This document shows, piece after piece, positions 44,543 to 55,400 of a stretch of 64,000 bases of DNA. Under the pieces are notes generated by a model. That model saw nothing but the letters and a program-made list of their open reading frames with translations, did no database searches and was not told where the DNA came from. Every line of letters begins with the position of its first letter. The first letter of the stretch is position 1. The position numbers were made by a program, and so were the translations under genes. The stretch spans positions 1-64,000 of the forward strand of contig CM000434.1 in assembly GCA_000165345.1 (NCBI GenBank), in the 5' to 3' direction.

Positions 44543-45486
44543 TCAAGTTTCATTTGGCTTTTTTTTAGTGTTTAATTCATTAATAAATTCATCTACTTCT
44601 CTAAAAGCTGGTTCGTTGAATTTATCGTCATCGTTATTATTAATAAAAGGTTCAGGAATGTAATTATTTGGGAATTTATGAATACAGTTATTAAGAAATA
44701 ATCCTCCACAATTGAATGCAAGGATAATGTAAATACTCAATATAAACGTTCCTGCTAAAAATAACATTATAATTCTCTTAATAGGAAGCCATTCAGCACT
44801 TTGTTGTAATCTATAAGACTGTCTTCTGAATGTATTGGATTCCATTGTCAAGTTTTTTGCTTGAGAAACCAGTAAATCTAACTTTTCACCTCTTTCCAAT
44901 AGAATATCTATATTTTCAATCAGAACATTTTGAATTGTGGAAATTTGGTTTGCTAACATATCATATTCTGTATTTTCTGGACAATTCCAATAAATCTAAG
45001 TTATATTTAAATAATAATTTGTAATTTCATATATTATTAATGTTACTTACCATTCTTTCTTTGATTATTGGAGCAACAACCCCATTTAATATTAAAGTTA
45101 TTGGATTTGTAAGCATTTCAACAAACGGTAAAGTCTTTGATCTAATATCTAATAAATATTCATAAGGTATAGTTAGACCAAAAGATCTATCTGTCATTGC
45201 CATATATATAACTCCTGGCTCATAAATTAAGAAGTGAAAGCAATATATATCATATGTATAAGATTGTTTATTTAAGCTTTTATTTATTTTTTTCAAGAGA
45301 AATCTTGCAATTGATGGAAAATTTCCTGTGTTTTCTGTATATTCTGCCAATACCACATTATCTGAATACGTAATTAATTTGAATTAATTATATTTTTAAA
45401 AAAATAATAAATTTAGTTCAAAATTGACTTTCAAGCTTATTTGACCTTAACGTACCTTTAGCTACAAGACTGTAAATAATTGACAT
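44543..45486 (-). CDS. Longin-type R-SNARE (VAMP7/Sec22-like), 3 exons: 45486..45456, 45361..45051, 44995..44543 (about 264 aa)
   Basis: Exon 1 encodes MSIIYSLVAK(g) followed by a GTACGT donor, matching the VAMP7 start MAILFAVVARG. Exon 2 is the longin domain (DNVVLAEYTENTGNFPSIARFLLKKI...YCFHFLIYEPGVIYMAMTD...KERM) ending at a GTAAGT donor. The 55-nt intron ends in TTAG. Exon 3 (IYWNCPENTEYDMLANQISTIQNVLIENIDILLERGEKLDLLVSQAKNLTMESNTFRRQ) is an R-SNARE heptad motif with the conserved Arg, then a TM helix. Both track ORFs (a GTG start and the internal Met) are pieces of this gene. Confidence 0.75.
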
Positions 45487-46051
45487 TTTTTACATAATAA
45501 ACAAAATGAGAAAAAAACTAATTTATATATTCAAAAGGTTCAAAATTTTTTTTCAATATATTTCATTATTAAATTGTCAAATTAATTAAATATTAAATCG
45601 AGTGATGGCTCGTCAGCGTTGAATTTTTTTTTTTTTTTAATTAAAATATAATAAATCAATGCATAAATAAAATGAGTAATAATTATTTAATTAATTTAAT
45701 TTTGTTTTAATTAGTAATCAAAACAAGTTTATTAAATATTTTCAAACATAATTCAAAGTAAAAAGGTAGCACTGCATTTAATATAAAAGATATATTTAAT
45801 TTATTAGGTACTTGGCATTATTCAAGCCTAATTCATTGAATTGATGCCATGTACAGTAAGGACAAATAGTCAATGCTTTAAACTGAAATAGCTACAAAAG
45901 AAATATTTACATGATATATTTTTTGCGATAATTTAACACAATTTTTTCTTGTTTGAATTGTGAAATAGTTTAGATTTAACACTTTGTCATATGGGTCATT
46001 TCCACACAGTGCCCCGCCTAAACACTTGAGAAATAATAAATATGGAGGAAA

Positions 46052-47224
46052 TTAAAATTCGAATTCGCCAATTAAAGTATCAAAGGGGATTTCTTGATTT
46101 GCAATTTGAGCGATTCCATTTCTCAGTTTGACTCTCCATTTTCCTTTTTGGTTTTTTTTTCTGGTATATGGTCTGATAACTTTTTCAAAATGTCCAATAA
46201 TGACGTCACTGCATTCAGGTTCTTCATCGTCTAAGTCAGATACATTCTCAAGATCTGATCCAGGGTCAGATAAAATTTCTTCATCAAAATGATCATTGTT
46301 TCCACTGATCTGACCATTTGTTGTACTATTTTGGTTGTTTGACTTTGATTTATTTTGTTCCTGAAAATTATCTGTTAGGTTATCTTTAGTACTTTCGCTT
46401 TCGCTTGGTGCAACTACATCCCAAGATGCGTCTCCAAACTCATCATCCTCGAATTCATCATTATTATTATTTTCATTTCCATTAGAGTTTTGACATTTTT
46501 CAGTATTGAATTGTTCACAAGTTGTATTTTGTTTTTCTTCTAAAAAAGCATTTCTTTCTTTACCTTCTTCTTCTTCCTTTTCTATGTCTTTTTCATCTTC
46601 ATTTCCAACATATTTTGAATCTGAATCATCTAACTTTGATTTCTTAGAAACCATCTTACAAAAATCATATTCAATATTTAACTCGTTAACATTTCTCATT
46701 TCTTTAGAAGATATTATTGGAGTTGGAATACTTTGAAGTGATCCCTCACTAAATCTTTTATTATTAATTCGATTGTCACAAACTATGATTTCATTACTGT
46801 TAAACTCGCTAATACTATCATTATGATGATTATTAATATTGCCATAATTAATATTATTACTAATTTCACTAATATCGGATTTTTTCGGAACTGATTCAAT
46901 TTTAACAGGTAAAACCCCATCCAATTTAGGAGCAATAACTTCCATCTCTGTCGGTACCCATTCTTGATTACGATCAGATTTCTCATCTTTTGTTACACCC
47001 AAACACAAATCATTTAACTTTGAAATCCACCTGAGTTTTAATTGTTCAAGCATCTCAGGGGTTTGCAATCCTCTTGATTTCTCAATTGTGCCTATTTAAT
47101 AGAAAAAAAAAAAAATTGCGAATTATTAATATAATTACATTATTCAAAATAAAATCAATTCAGTTTATATCAACTTACGGTCAATTATCTTTAAATATAT
47201 ATTTAAAGAGTCTACGGAACTCAT
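46052..47224 (-). CDS. Transcription factor IIA large subunit (TFIIA-L/TOA1-like), 2 exons: 47224..47179 and 47091..46052 (about 361 aa)
   Basis: The C-terminus RPYTRKKNQKGKWRVKLRNGIAQIANQEIPFDTLIGEFEF matches the TFIIA-L beta-barrel (KDKWKFHLKDGIMNLNGRDYIF...W). A long acidic middle. The track start is a TTG. Reading upstream gives an in-frame AATAG acceptor at 47093-47092 and a 46-nt exon 1 (MSSVDSLNIYLKIID) ending in a GTAAGT donor at 47178. The spliced N-terminus IYLKIIDRTIEKSRGLQTPEMLEQLKLRWISKL parallels human LYRSVIEDVINDVRD...VLMELKTLWENKL. Confidence 0.6.
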
Positions 47225-47490
47225 TCTGCTTTCCCTTATTTCTTACTATTCCCCTATTTTCCTTTTTCAATATTGTTTGTTTCTATTCACACAACAAAAT
47301 TATTTGTAAGCTTATTAATTATCCTTTTTTTTACAATAGTGTATTCACTTCTACCCTAAATATAATTCAATATTCCATTCCCTTCCTTCCAACTCCCAGC
47401 CCTCTTTAATTTCCGTTAAATTAAAAAAAAATTAAAAACTTAATAATACACGTAATTATTTAATATAATTACTAAGAAAATAATATTTCA

Positions 47491-47500
47491 TTTGGCGCCA
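47491..47500. promoter_or_regulatory. TTTGGCGCCAAAA palindrome about 270 bp upstream of TFIIA-L exon 1
   Basis: Direct reading. Confidence 0.5.
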
Positions 47501-48414
47501 AAACAAACTCCATTAAATTCTATAAATTAATCACATTTAAAAACTAGAGAAAATATTGAATTTGAAGTAAAATCAGCCTAAACTGCTTTGTAGAAAATTT
47601 TATAGGAAATAAAGATGATATGAAGGTTGCTATTATTATTACTATTATAATCATTGCTACTGTTTCTAAAAAAAAATTTTAAAAAACATCTTTTCTTCAA
47701 TTTTACTAAACTTGTATCATTTCTTAATCTTAAACTTCATTGAATTATTTATTATTCAAATTCTTATCATCAAATTTGAGTTTATAAATTCATTATTTAG
47801 AAATTACTTCTAAAAAACAAGTTCCCAAAATTTGCACTTTTGCACTTTTTTAAATTAGCCCCCACTGCCCCCCACTATAATTGACTGGTAGGCTTACCAC
47901 ACAAATAATTTGGCATGCAATATTAAATATTTATAATAGTTAAACTTAGAATATGAAAATATAACCATTTCTGAGAATTTTATAAATATCATTAATAGAA
48001 AGAAAATTTTGAATTATTTTAATAAATTCAAGTATTATTTAAATAATAAAAAAACATACATTTACCTTATTTTATATTAAATTTAAGTTCAGTTGAGTTA
48101 ATTGGAATTGAAATCATTAATTAATATCAAGCAATAAAAAATAATAAGAGCTCATCTTTATTTCTTGGAGCTAATACTATAAATACTGAATATTAAAATT
48201 ATTAAATAGGTATTTTGTTTTACATTAAAGTCTGATAATATATATAAATATTATATTATAAATATATTTATATTATATATAATATATTCCCAGTAGATTC
48301 TAAAATTCAATTAATAAAGATAAACATTTCCAACCTTAATTTAAAACCAACCCCTTTATTAATATAAATATTATTATGTAAACACATCATTTATATTAAT
48401 TGAAATCAATAAAA

Positions 48415-50244
48415 ATGAACTTTGAAAAATCTTCGAACTCATTAGAAACTATCAACTACAATACTGAAGAAATCAATAATTCCAATTCATATAGTCAAAG
48501 TTGTAATACTATAGCAGAAGAACAGTTGGCAATTTTAGATTCAAATCTCTCAAAATATTCGGATATATTTAAAATCCAATCAAAAAGTGTTTCTCAATCA
48601 GAAAGTGAACATGAAGATATCTTCCAAAAATTCACAAATGATGAAAAAAATAAAAAGTTTCTTGAAATTAAAGTTTGGGAAGAAACTAGAATTGAAAAAT
48701 ACCAACATTTTATTAGTGCTATTGATCCAATTTTTACTGAACTTTCAAATTCTATCTCTCAAGCAATGCAAACTAATAAAGATTTGGCTACAATTCTACA
48801 ACAAAAAACCAAGTACTGGAATAGTTACTCAAAGAATCTGGAACTAATTTCTCAATATGGATCAAAAAATGGACATAGTAATACTCATATTCATAGTTCA
48901 AGTAATCCATGTCCATCTTGCTCTTCTTCTGCAAAGTCTTGCTCTTGCTCGTGTCCATTAGTTACTTTTTCATCATCAAATAGCTTCCTAATACAATTAA
49001 AATCAGGAGAACTAAAGAACCAATATAATCAAGATGAAACTAATAATGAGAGTTTACATGAAATTATTATGAACCAGGAACTTAAAGATTCGAATAATAA
49101 TAATAATAATAATAATAATAGTAATAATAATGAGTATTCAATTTCAAGTAATTTACTGAGTTCTATTTCAAGTCAGAAAGTCTGGCCAAATTTACTTGTA
49201 AACTTTGGAAGATACGAATCAACTTTTCTTAAAAAACTTTGTCAAAGTATTGAAACTGATGTAGTAAATGGACATCTTTCATGGATATCTAAAAGATATC
49301 TAAATAATGCTCAATCATACTTAAAGGCATTACGTATTGCCAGAAAAGAATTTGAAACATTTATTAATAATGCACAACAATCTTGGAATAAATATGATGA
49401 CGCATTTAAAAAATCACAAAGACTTAGTTTAGATGTAAATTATTCAATGAAAAATAGTAAACCATGTGATACTTGGTATTTTGATCAAATCTATAGACAT
49501 AATATTAATAAGTTTATTCAAGCCCAAACAAAATTTTTTGAAACAATACTATTAACTATTGATAATCTGATGGAGCTTGAAAATTGGAGAGCAACTTCTG
49601 TTAAACTTACATTTAATTACTTCTTGGTTAAACAAAATGAACTTTTTGAATTTCTTCAAAAACTTGGAAACTCTATGATTGATTATATCAATGATCAAAA
49701 CAAACAAAACTCTTTATTTCAAGACCACTATGCAAACTTTGATATTATTACTTCAATTCCTGGTCTAAGACCACCCCCAATACCTATTTCTAATGAAGCA
49801 AATTTCTCAAAAATTTCTCAATCGCTCTCAAAATGTCCTATTTTACAACAAATTTCAACTCTAATGAATTATAATAATCTTCCAAAATCTTCACTAATTA
49901 TTTATCACGGGCATGTTGAAATTTTTAAAAGAAAGATCTTCCTTGGGCAATGGCAATCTGCTTATATAATACTCACAAAAGATAAATTCCTTTATCTTCT
50001 TAATCCAAGAGATGATATTGAAATGGAGGAGCTTCTAAAGCATGATGAAAAACCTATCTGGTCTTTTTTTATTGGATCTCAAGATATATCTATAGAACTT
50101 AATGAAAAGAGAGGAAAAAGATGCCTTAGTATTAGATTTAAAAAACAGAAATTCTTCACCAAGAAAATGACCATTAGATGTTCAAATGAAGAAGAGTGTA
50201 GTAAATGGATGAATTATCTTAATTCGGTAATCCCTCCATATTAA
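48415..50244 (+). CDS. Hypothetical protein with a C-terminal PH-like domain and an internal poly-Asn tract, about 609 aa
   Basis: The track start at 48400 is a TTG. The first ATG at 48415 gives MNFEKSS. The C-terminus IIYHGHVEIFKRKIFLGQWQSAYIILTKDKFLYLLNP...RCLSIRFKKQKFFTKKMTIRCSNEEECSKWMNYLNSV has the PH-fold pattern, including a terminal amphipathic helix with the conserved Trp. Confidence 0.55.
   Translation: MNFEKSSNSLETINYNTEEINNSNSYSQSCNTIAEEQLAILDSNLSKYSDIFKIQSKSVSQSESEHEDIFQKFTNDEKNKKFLEIKVWEETRIEKYQHFISAIDPIFTELSNSISQAMQTNKDLATILQQKTKYWNSYSKNLELISQYGSKNGHSNTHIHSSSNPCPSCSSSAKSCSCSCPLVTFSSSNSFLIQLKSGELKNQYNQDETNNESLHEIIMNQELKDSNNNNNNNNNSNNNEYSISSNLLSSISSQKVWPNLLVNFGRYESTFLKKLCQSIETDVVNGHLSWISKRYLNNAQSYLKALRIARKEFETFINNAQQSWNKYDDAFKKSQRLSLDVNYSMKNSKPCDTWYFDQIYRHNINKFIQAQTKFFETILLTIDNLMELENWRATSVKLTFNYFLVKQNELFEFLQKLGNSMIDYINDQNKQNSLFQDHYANFDIITSIPGLRPPPIPISNEANFSKISQSLSKCPILQQISTLMNYNNLPKSSLIIYHGHVEIFKRKIFLGQWQSAYIILTKDKFLYLLNPRDDIEMEELLKHDEKPIWSFFIGSQDISIELNEKRGKRCLSIRFKKQKFFTKKMTIRCSNEEECSKWMNYLNSVIPPY
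49093..49131. repeat. (AAT)n trinucleotide microsatellite, about 12 units with one AGT interruption, encoding poly-Asn
   Basis: Direct reading. Confidence 0.85.
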
Positions 50245-50473
50245 TTCATACTTTTGAGATTTGTATCAAGAATTTGAAGTAGTAAAAATAATAACATCAA
50301 CATTAAATTATTATCAAAGTTGAAATAAACTGAATAAATACATAAATTAATACATTTATATATATTTATATATCTCATCTCATTTAGAATAAGATATATT
50401 ATAATCTCATTTACTAGATATATCTATCTATATCTGAAATTTCTTTGATAACATTAATAATTGTTTAAAATTC

Positions 50474-51847
50474 TTAATGATGATGATGACGTCCACCAGT
50501 TATTGTAGTTTGAATAATTTCTTGTTGTTGTGAAGCCATTGTTGGTTGTACAACAACATTTCTTATGCAAGTACCATTAGCGTTAAGAGTTGTTCCAGAT
50601 GGGCAATTCAATGTTGATGGAACGATTGATTTACATAATCCTTTATCACCATCAGTATATCCAACTGGACATCCTAATTCACCAGGAACAGTTTGGGTAT
50701 CAAAGCATTTCTTTCTTGGGACTTCCTGAATAACTGGAATTGGTTGTACATATGTTTGTTGAACATATGTTTGAATTGGATAGTATGCATTATGATGATG
50801 ATGATGTGAAACACCTCTCTTTCCTAATCTTCTAGTAATAATTCCAGCTGGCTGATTGAAATTCTGAGATCCTTGTTCATATACATATTGGCTTCCATAA
50901 CCAAGACTCTTAACAGATTGTTGTGGTGAGTTTCTGAGTGAATAGTATTTACCATCATAGAATTCATTTGTTGGCTTTGGGGTTGGGTTTGGACATTCCA
51001 ATTCTGCTGGAACTGTAATAACTTCAACACACTCTCCATTTGCGACCATTGAGCCATTAGCACATCCTAAAGTTGGTTCAGTTGTTGATGTATATAAACA
51101 TCCAAATCCTGTCAAACTTTTTACTGCTCCTTCTGGGCATATCATTTGTGCTGGAACTGACTCACTTCTTGAGCATGTTCTTGAAACAACAGCCTGTGGA
51201 ACAACATAGCTTGTTTGATGATGATGATGTCCATGTCCATGTCCATGATGTGAAGTTGTTGTATATCTAACTGCAGTTGCAGCTGGAGTGCAATCATATA
51301 AAACTTCTCTTACACATCTTTCATTACTAACTAAAGTGAAATCAGGTGATGGACAGGTACTAATTGGGGATACACTCTTTTGTAAGATACATTCATTTTG
51401 CATTTCATTTAAAACTCCTTGCATACATTTCTTGATTGGTGCAACAGTCTTTGAGCCACTGCACATTTGACCGTCAGTTAAAGTAAATCCTGATGGGCAT
51501 ACAGCAACTGGGTCGATCTCAACATTCTTTTGACACATATTTTCACCTACCAATGTATATTCCACTGGACATTTCATGATTGGGTTTGTTGTCTTCATAC
51601 AATTAAAATCGCTCATTAATTCTCCTCCATTCAAGCAGACTCTTTCTGGCATTATCTCCTCTCTAGCAACGCATTGTCTATTTGAATCCAAAGTATATCC
51701 TGTTGGACACACCATTGTTGGAACGTTGACTACGGAGACTGTTGAAACTGCTTGTTGTTGATGATGATGATGATGATCTCCAGCATAACAACTTAGTGGC
51801 AACATTGCCATCATAATAATTGTATTTATCTTTCTTAACGATATCAT
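50474..51847 (-). CDS. Cryptosporidium oocyst wall protein (COWP) family member, about 457 aa, with 8 type-I-like CPxG[YF]TL...C repeats and four His-rich tracts
   Basis: The track start at 51862 is a TTG. ATG at 51847 gives MISLRKINTIIMMAMLPLSCYA (signal peptide). Repeats: CPTGYTLDSNRQCV, CPVEYTLVGENMCQ, CPSGFTLTDGQMCS, CPSPDFTLVSNERCV, CPEGAVKSLTGFGCL, CANGSMVANGECV, CPVGYTDGDKGLCK, CPSGTTLNANGTCIR. His tracts: GDHHHHHQQQ, HHGHGHGHHHHQ, SHHHHHN, GGRHHHH at the end. Published chr6 annotation has two small COWP genes (COWP8/9) side by side in this neighbourhood (recalled from memory). Confidence 0.8.
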   Translation of the reverse strand: MISLRKINTIIMMAMLPLSCYAGDHHHHHQQQAVSTVSVVNVPTMVCPTGYTLDSNRQCVAREEIMPERVCLNGGELMSDFNCMKTTNPIMKCPVEYTLVGENMCQKNVEIDPVAVCPSGFTLTDGQMCSGSKTVAPIKKCMQGVLNEMQNECILQKSVSPISTCPSPDFTLVSNERCVREVLYDCTPAATAVRYTTTSHHGHGHGHHHHQTSYVVPQAVVSRTCSRSESVPAQMICPEGAVKSLTGFGCLYTSTTEPTLGCANGSMVANGECVEVITVPAELECPNPTPKPTNEFYDGKYYSLRNSPQQSVKSLGYGSQYVYEQGSQNFNQPAGIITRRLGKRGVSHHHHHNAYYPIQTYVQQTYVQPIPVIQEVPRKKCFDTQTVPGELGCPVGYTDGDKGLCKSIVPSTLNCPSGTTLNANGTCIRNVVVQPTMASQQQEIIQTTITGGRHHHH

Positions 51848-52140
51848 TTTTCTTTTAAACAAAAATTTTAAAAAAATTTTTCTTTATTGTGAATTCTTTC
51901 TTTATAACTAGATTTTATTAACAAATTAATTTAATTAAGACTGTTTAATACTAGTCAAAATTAAATTTATTTTAAAAATTAAATAAAAAAAAATTATTTT
52001 TATTTTTTTATTATTGTTATTTTATTTATTTAAGAAAATAATCAATAATAAAAAAAGTGACATAAATTTGTTTTATAACTACCATGTATCTGGTGTACTT
52101 CCTCTTATGACTAATTTCACATCATTTTTATCCACATGAA

Positions 52141-52150
52141 TGCATGCATG
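52141..52150. promoter_or_regulatory. TGCATGCATG, a GCATGCA-family apicomplexan promoter element about 290 bp upstream of the COWP gene. It is flanked by two copies of TCCACATGAAT (52131-52141 and 52224-52234).
   Basis: Direct reading. This motif family is known from Cryptosporidium, Toxoplasma and Plasmodium promoter surveys. Confidence 0.5.
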
Positions 52151-52447
52151 TAACGTGCACATCAAAATTTGCATACCGGTATTATGTTTTTTTTTGTTTA
52201 ATATTACTAATAATTACTAATTTGTCCACATGAATATTAATTATTATTGTTATTTAAATTAATAGTTACTAATATGAAATAATATACAAATGACGAATAA
52301 AAATTAATAGTAAAATTTGTAATTATTAGTAATGAATTAGTAATTATAATTAATTAAAAATAAAAAAAAAAAAAATACAAATTGAAATTTAAAGAGGAAA
52401 ATAAATACTGATAATGAGATTATATATATATCAATACAAATTTATTT

Positions 52448-55400
52448 TTAATTATTTTCCTTTTGAGGGTTATTCTTATCTAAATTAATGTTATTTAAAA
52501 ATATTCTTAATAACAATGGCATAGTCCATAAAGGTTTAATTAAATCTACTTCATGACACATTTTTTGTGAATAAGAAGGAACCACAGTTCTTCCAAATGA
52601 TTTCATTGAAAATATTCTTGTATTTGTAATGTTATATTTATCAATATTTTCAATTTTAAAATTACTAGTATTAAAGTAATCAAAATCAGGATATAAGTTA
52701 TCTTCAGTTGTGTTTTTAATTTCTAAATTCTCATCTTTCACATTATGTTCGGTAGATTCATGATTTATTGTATTATTTAATTCATTTATGAAAATTTCAT
52801 TATTAGATTGGTCCAACAATATTGAATTATTTTGATATTTTTCATCAATTTGTTGAACTTCTGGATTAGAATTATTTTTCATCTTTTCAGAAATTAATGA
52901 ATATAACTTAGTAATATTATATTCAAAAGGTCTGAATACATTTTCTGGAAATTTTGGAGGGCAATAGTAGTGAGTAAAAACTGTCTGCTTTGAAACACAA
53001 CGTGGGGGAGCCTTTCTAAAATGCTCTGGTGGCAAGAGTAATAAGGCTTCCTCATCTAACTTATAGCCTTTTGGACATTCAATGGTAAAATCTGTATAAC
53101 CCTTCATTTTACACGTATTAGTTGCTACTAATACGGTATTTTCAGGGCAAGATAGATATGGTTTTGCTGTAATGACCTTCAAACAAATAATTTTAATAAC
53201 ATAATCTGTTTTACCAATTATTGCATCATATAAACTTATTGGTGAAATAGGTAACTTTTTTTTCCCCTCTACATTTCGATTTATTAAATTAATTGATTCC
53301 AAATCTTCTATTAGTTGACGCCTTATAACTTCTTCAGAATTATTCTCATTACTTGTTTCATTTTTGATATTTGAATGCTCAATATTTGGAACTTGATTCA
53401 AAGTAATGAATTCAGTTATTACATTCTTTTTTGTACTTCCAAATGAAGGAATAATCGTTTCATTTTTCTCTAAATTTGTTTCCGTTTCATTCAACATACT
53501 AATATCAATGTTTTCCGAATCCATATCCTGAATATATTCAGGAAATAATGTATTCGAGATAGCAAGAGAATTATCAATTACTTCACTTGGATTAAATAAA
53601 GATTCTTTATCAATATTATCTATATCTTCCTTTGTTACAATATGAATTCCAGTTTTCTCAAAGTAATTTAATGGTTCTCTTAATGATATGAATGGAATCT
53701 CTTCTTTTGTTGTACACTTTGGTTGTAATGGCACTTTCATTACTTGTATACAAGTATCAAAAGGATTAATGAATTCGTGCCGGTATACTATAGGAGGATC
53801 ATTACCATTTGAAATATAAGCGTCATAAGAAACCGTACCTTTTGGGCATTTATAATCTACTACTACAACATCTTTGTACTCACAATAAGGTCTTGGACCT
53901 TTTTCAAACATCCATGAATGATTATAATCATATTTAAGGCTAAATGTACTATTTTGACAGAATGGAGCACCAATACCATTGTACTTAACCTCATCAGTTT
54001 CTTTCTTAAAGCATTTTATTTTTGTTTTAAAGTTTTGGAATTTTTTTGTAATTGATTTGCTTTGTATTCCCGATTCTGAATCATTCACTTTCCTTGTCAT
54101 TATTGGTTCTTCTTGGATAATCGGAGCATAATATTTATTAAAGTTTTCACTTGCTTCATTTAATTTTTCTTTTCTGTGTTCAACATCAGAAATATCCTTT
54201 TGGAAAAAATCCTCTTCTAATTGTGCTGTATATCCTTCCGGGCATTCATATTCTTTCACTACTTGATAAGCCATAATACATGTTTGCAAGTCATAGTAAA
54301 CACTTCCTTCAGCACATCCTGGAAATCCAGGTGCAAAAGTTTCGATTACACAAGTCTTTCTTGGTTCATTAAATACGAATGGCTCGTCACATTTTGGCAC
54401 TGAAGGCAAATACTTTCTTTGTTTAACATGGCAGCCTCCTCCACCTCTATGTGAACCCCATAACTTTGAGTGGGAATAGCTTAAAGGGCAAAATGCGACA
54501 GAGTCTGCATAAGTAATTGAAACACAACTTTTTATTTCATGGTCATACACTGAATTCAGGCCATTTGAAGGACAAATACCAATAATATCTAGTTCTGCTC
54601 CTGTTGGTCTGCTACAATAGGTTGCATTGTATGGCTGAATATTCAATAATGAGAATGTAGGTAGCATATAATCTTCCCTAGATATATTCAAATTTTTAAT
54701 AAGCTCATCTATTAGCATCAATTCTGCACTATCTCTTTCATTTGCGCATAGATTATATGTATTCTCATCCTTAGTATTCAAATTACTTAATACCATTTTT
54801 GGTATTAAAGTTATCAAGCTCCAAAATCCTTCAATTGAAAATCTTACCTTATTTTTCAGATTAATGTTATAATCATTGATTTTACTATTATTCCCACTAA
54901 AGTCTATTTCTTTCCAAGAATCTGAGTTTAATGCAGTATAATTCAACCAAAATTCACTATTATTCGACAATTTCTGATAATCGTATTCTGGGATTGATTT
55001 CCTCCATGGAGTAATATCCATTGGAACTCTATAAATACATTGTAATAAGCCATTCAAGGACCTGATTACTACATTACTTAATTGAGGAGCCAATTTTTCC
55101 AATAAATTATCGTCATCTGTATTTTCTTTTGTCTGATTTAATAATTTGGTTTCATTCAAATTACTTGTCGCATTACTTAAGTTTTCTTCATTCTCATTTT
55201 CTTTAATTTTTAATTCATTAGTACTTTCCACGTCATCTTTTTTATCCACATCAAATTCTTGTAATGCATGCATATTATCGAGAGGGGTCTGTAGATTCAA
55301 ATTTTGAAGCTCATTAATAGAGTTTGAATCATTTAAAAAAATTGAATTATTGTTAAATTGATAGGTTTCTGTGTTATTAATATTTATATCAGTATTAGTT

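Noticed and set aside
54221-54403. 60-aa plus-strand ORF inside the 1183-aa COWP-like gene
   Set aside because: Antisense shadow ORF within a long ORF that has a verified ATG and signal peptide.
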